Of a stretch of 26,720 nt of DNA, positions 24,579 through 26,720 are shown piece by piece. Numbering within the stretch: the stretch's first letter is position 1; the number at the start of each line of letters is the position of its first letter. The DNA is from a virus (taxonomy: Duplodnaviria; Heunggongvirae; Uroviricota; Caudoviricetes). The notes under the pieces are model-generated. The model ran no database searches and had not been told where the DNA came from. It saw only the letters and a list, made by a program, of their open reading frames with translations. Position numbers and translations under genes: made by a program. The stretch lies in the IMG/VR virus record IMGVR_UViG_2734482772_000016, positions 1 to 26,720 of that record, one strand, 5' to 3'.

Positions 24579-26720
24579 TCAAAATTGCCGCATATCCGGC
24601 ATTCCGGGGGGTAAATCTTTCGGCACAGGCGCATCCGGTACAGGTTGTGTGGCACCACAGTTCCAGTTAATCACTGGCGCATCACCGTTCACATCCGACT
24701 CCCCTTCCAGATGAATGTGCGTACCATTGAGAAATATGCTTCCGTCCTTCGTCAGCACCAGCCTTGCCTTACCACAGCAGAGTTCAAGATGCTCACCGGC
24801 AGAATAAACTGCTGTTTGTCCGGTGTTTTCCTTCATTGTCTTGCCCACCGAGAAGGTGACGTTATTCCCCACATTGACGCTGTAGCCCATTCCCACCATC
24901 AGTGATTTATGCAGCCCTACCTGTGAGGACTGCAACAACGCCACCGAGGTATTCATAATGCCGCCTACCGTCGTCTGGTAAGCCACACCCACCGTCAGCG
25001 CACGAATGATCCCCACCTTTTCAACCTGGTTTGATCCCACTTTGATAATCTGGTTACTGCCCACCGTTTCCACCTGGTTGACACCAACCGTCTGTATCTG
25101 ATTAACGCCAATGTTCTGGATCTGGTTATTGGTAACGGTGATCGCCTGGTTGTTACCTATTTTTTCGGCATGGTTGTTTATCACATCAGTGGTGCGGTTA
25201 TTCAGCACCTCGGTGTTCATGTTCTTCTGCGCGTGGATGTAGACCTGTTCTTTCCCTGTCGCATCGTCAAACTTCAGTTCATTAAACCCGCTGCCCTTAT
25301 AGGTTTTCGAGCGGATCGTCATCTGCGTCTTCGTCCCCGGCAGGCTGCCGGGGGTGCGGTTTTCCTGGTGGTAGGTACGCCCCATAATGATCGGCTGGTC
25401 CGGATCGCCGTTGAGGAAGTCCACAATGACCTCCTGACCCACACGCGGTATCGCCAGGTTACCAAAGCCGGTGCCTGCCCACGCCTGTGCCACACGGATC
25501 CAGCATGAACTTTCCTGGTTTGACGGGTTATAGCGGTCCCAGTTAAATTTCACCCGCACGCGGCCATGTTCATCACAGAAGATTTCCTCGCCTGCCGGTC
25601 CCGTCACGACGGCGCTCTGCGGGCCGTCCACCAGCGGTTTCAGCAACGGCTGTGGCCGCCATGTCCGGTCTGCCGGGATTACCGCAAAGTGGTTATCCAG
25701 CGTGGTGCCTGAACCCCTGCGTCCCGGTACCGCCTGCGGCTGTTCGCCGTGAAGATCGCTCGCCACCACCTGCCATTCCCGGTTCAGGTTCGCCTGCGGA
25801 TGCCCCGTCAGCACAATTCGCCGTCCCGGCCATATCTCCGGCGAACGGCTTGTTCCGCGCGCCACTTCTGCGTTGTTGCGCCAGCCATCCATCTGCCAGC
25901 GGGCAAAGTTCTGCCCGTGGGCACCCTTGAAACGTCCGGGGTAGTCATACACTTCATACTGTGTGCGCTGGTAATCCTGGTACTGGCCTTCCTGATCAAA
26001 ACGCCCTGCCCAGCCGGGTCGTTTAAAGGTGTAGTCTTTGGTCACCACGGAAGAAGGGCGGATTTGTGCGCTGTAGCGAAACTGGCTGATGCAGAGGGTG
26101 CTCACCTCGGTACGGGTGTTCGGATTCCAGGGGATCTCAAAGGACTCCGGCAGATAACGCACGGTATCGCACAGGACCAGGCTCTGGTCGGTACTTTTTT
26201 GCGCGTGCTCCTCATAAAAGAAGATGCCTTCCTCCGCCGCCATCCGGCACAGGAAATCGTAATCAGTCTCACCGTACTGGACACAAAACTCACGGGAAGG
26301 ATGTGGCTCGCTGAACAGCGGGCTCCACTCGGTCACCCCGTTTTCCTGCAATATCGTGCCGAGGATGCTTTCGATGTCCTCATTCTGGAAGATACGGAAG
26401 TTCTGGCGCAGCCCTGTGCGCCACAGCGGTGGGCACACCTTCATGCTGTACAGCATCTGGTTTTTGTCGTTCTCCCCCAGTTCAAACCAGGTCACCATAC
26501 CTTTCACCCGGCGCTGTACGTCATCGCCCTGCCATATCGTCAGGTAGGCCATTTTGTCGAGGATCTGCTGGAATTCAAGGGAGAGAAACTGCTGGCTGAC
26601 CAGAGAGAGATCGAGGGAAAAAAGCGAAGAGAGTGACTGGTTCAGATGAAAGGAGACCACCGCAAAAGCATCCGGTGGCAGGCCGTCCACTTCCAGCGTG
26701 AAACGTAATCCGGTTGACAT
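24579..26720 (-). CDS. vgrG: type VI secretion system tip/spike protein VgrG, no C-terminal effector extension
   Basis: 713 aa with a gp27-like N-terminal region, an OB-fold-like middle and gp5-like beta-helix repeats (IGNNQAITVTNNQIQNIGVNQIQTVGVNQVETVGSNQIIKVGSNQVEKVG); ends shortly after the repeats. Confidence 0.9.
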   Translation of the reverse strand: MSTGLRFTLEVDGLPPDAFAVVSFHLNQSLSSLFSLDLSLVSQQFLSLEFQQILDKMAYLTIWQGDDVQRRVKGMVTWFELGENDKNQMLYSMKVCPPLWRTGLRQNFRIFQNEDIESILGTILQENGVTEWSPLFSEPHPSREFCVQYGETDYDFLCRMAAEEGIFFYEEHAQKSTDQSLVLCDTVRYLPESFEIPWNPNTRTEVSTLCISQFRYSAQIRPSSVVTKDYTFKRPGWAGRFDQEGQYQDYQRTQYEVYDYPGRFKGAHGQNFARWQMDGWRNNAEVARGTSRSPEIWPGRRIVLTGHPQANLNREWQVVASDLHGEQPQAVPGRRGSGTTLDNHFAVIPADRTWRPQPLLKPLVDGPQSAVVTGPAGEEIFCDEHGRVRVKFNWDRYNPSNQESSCWIRVAQAWAGTGFGNLAIPRVGQEVIVDFLNGDPDQPIIMGRTYHQENRTPGSLPGTKTQMTIRSKTYKGSGFNELKFDDATGKEQVYIHAQKNMNTEVLNNRTTDVINNHAEKIGNNQAITVTNNQIQNIGVNQIQTVGVNQVETVGSNQIIKVGSNQVEKVGIIRALTVGVAYQTTVGGIMNTSVALLQSSQVGLHKSLMVGMGYSVNVGNNVTFSVGKTMKENTGQTAVYSAGEHLELCCGKARLVLTKDGSIFLNGTHIHLEGESDVNGDAPVINWNCGATQPVPDAPVPKDLPPGMPDMRQF

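Noticed and set aside
24382-24714. 110-aa + strand ORF spanning the invertase remnant and the vgrG 3' end, with a hydrophobic stretch if started at ATG 24502
   Set aside because: It overlaps the vgrG C-terminus in antisense, has no ribosome-binding site and shows no invertase similarity after the first few residues; most likely read-through of decayed sequence. A small membrane peptide cannot be fully excluded.
1-26720. CRISPR arrays, tRNA or rRNA genes, integrase or attachment-site direct repeats
   Set aside because: No regularly spaced direct repeats, no tRNA-like cloverleaf candidates and no tyrosine or serine integrase ORF were seen; consistent with a transposable (Mu-type) phage, whose integration functions would lie left of the window.

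Overview
The window is almost entirely the late (lysis plus morphogenesis) region of a Mu-like prophage, read left to right on the + strand, ending against a convergently oriented type VI secretion vgrG gene on the - strand (24579..26720). Gene order, called from the translated ORFs by motif and synteny only (no database search was possible): a lysis cassette (two small membrane proteins, a GH108-type endolysin, a small lipoprotein), a Mu gp27-like small terminase candidate, an inserted orphan DNA amino-methyltransferase, large terminase, portal, head morphogenesis F-like and G-like proteins, protease/scaffold I-like, major capsid, head-tail joining genes, tail sheath, tail tube, tail chaperone, tape measure, baseplate genes, and a tail-fibre module. 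The tail-fibre module looks like a Gin/Hin-type invertible segment (convergent alternative fibre tip and assembly genes flanked by candidate crossover sites), but the adjacent invertase is reduced to a 31-codon stub. Nothing recognisably phage-like lies between that stub and vgrG, so the right end of the prophage appears deleted or decayed. Points worth follow-up are the methyltransferase insertion, the locked invertible segment, a 15-bp palindromic motif repeated in the two intergenic gaps of the late region, a probable non-AUG start for the gp37-like gene, and a possible frameshift extension of the tail chaperone. No tRNA, rRNA or CRISPR array was seen. I did not find a clearly novel multi-gene system; the findings below are the candidates.
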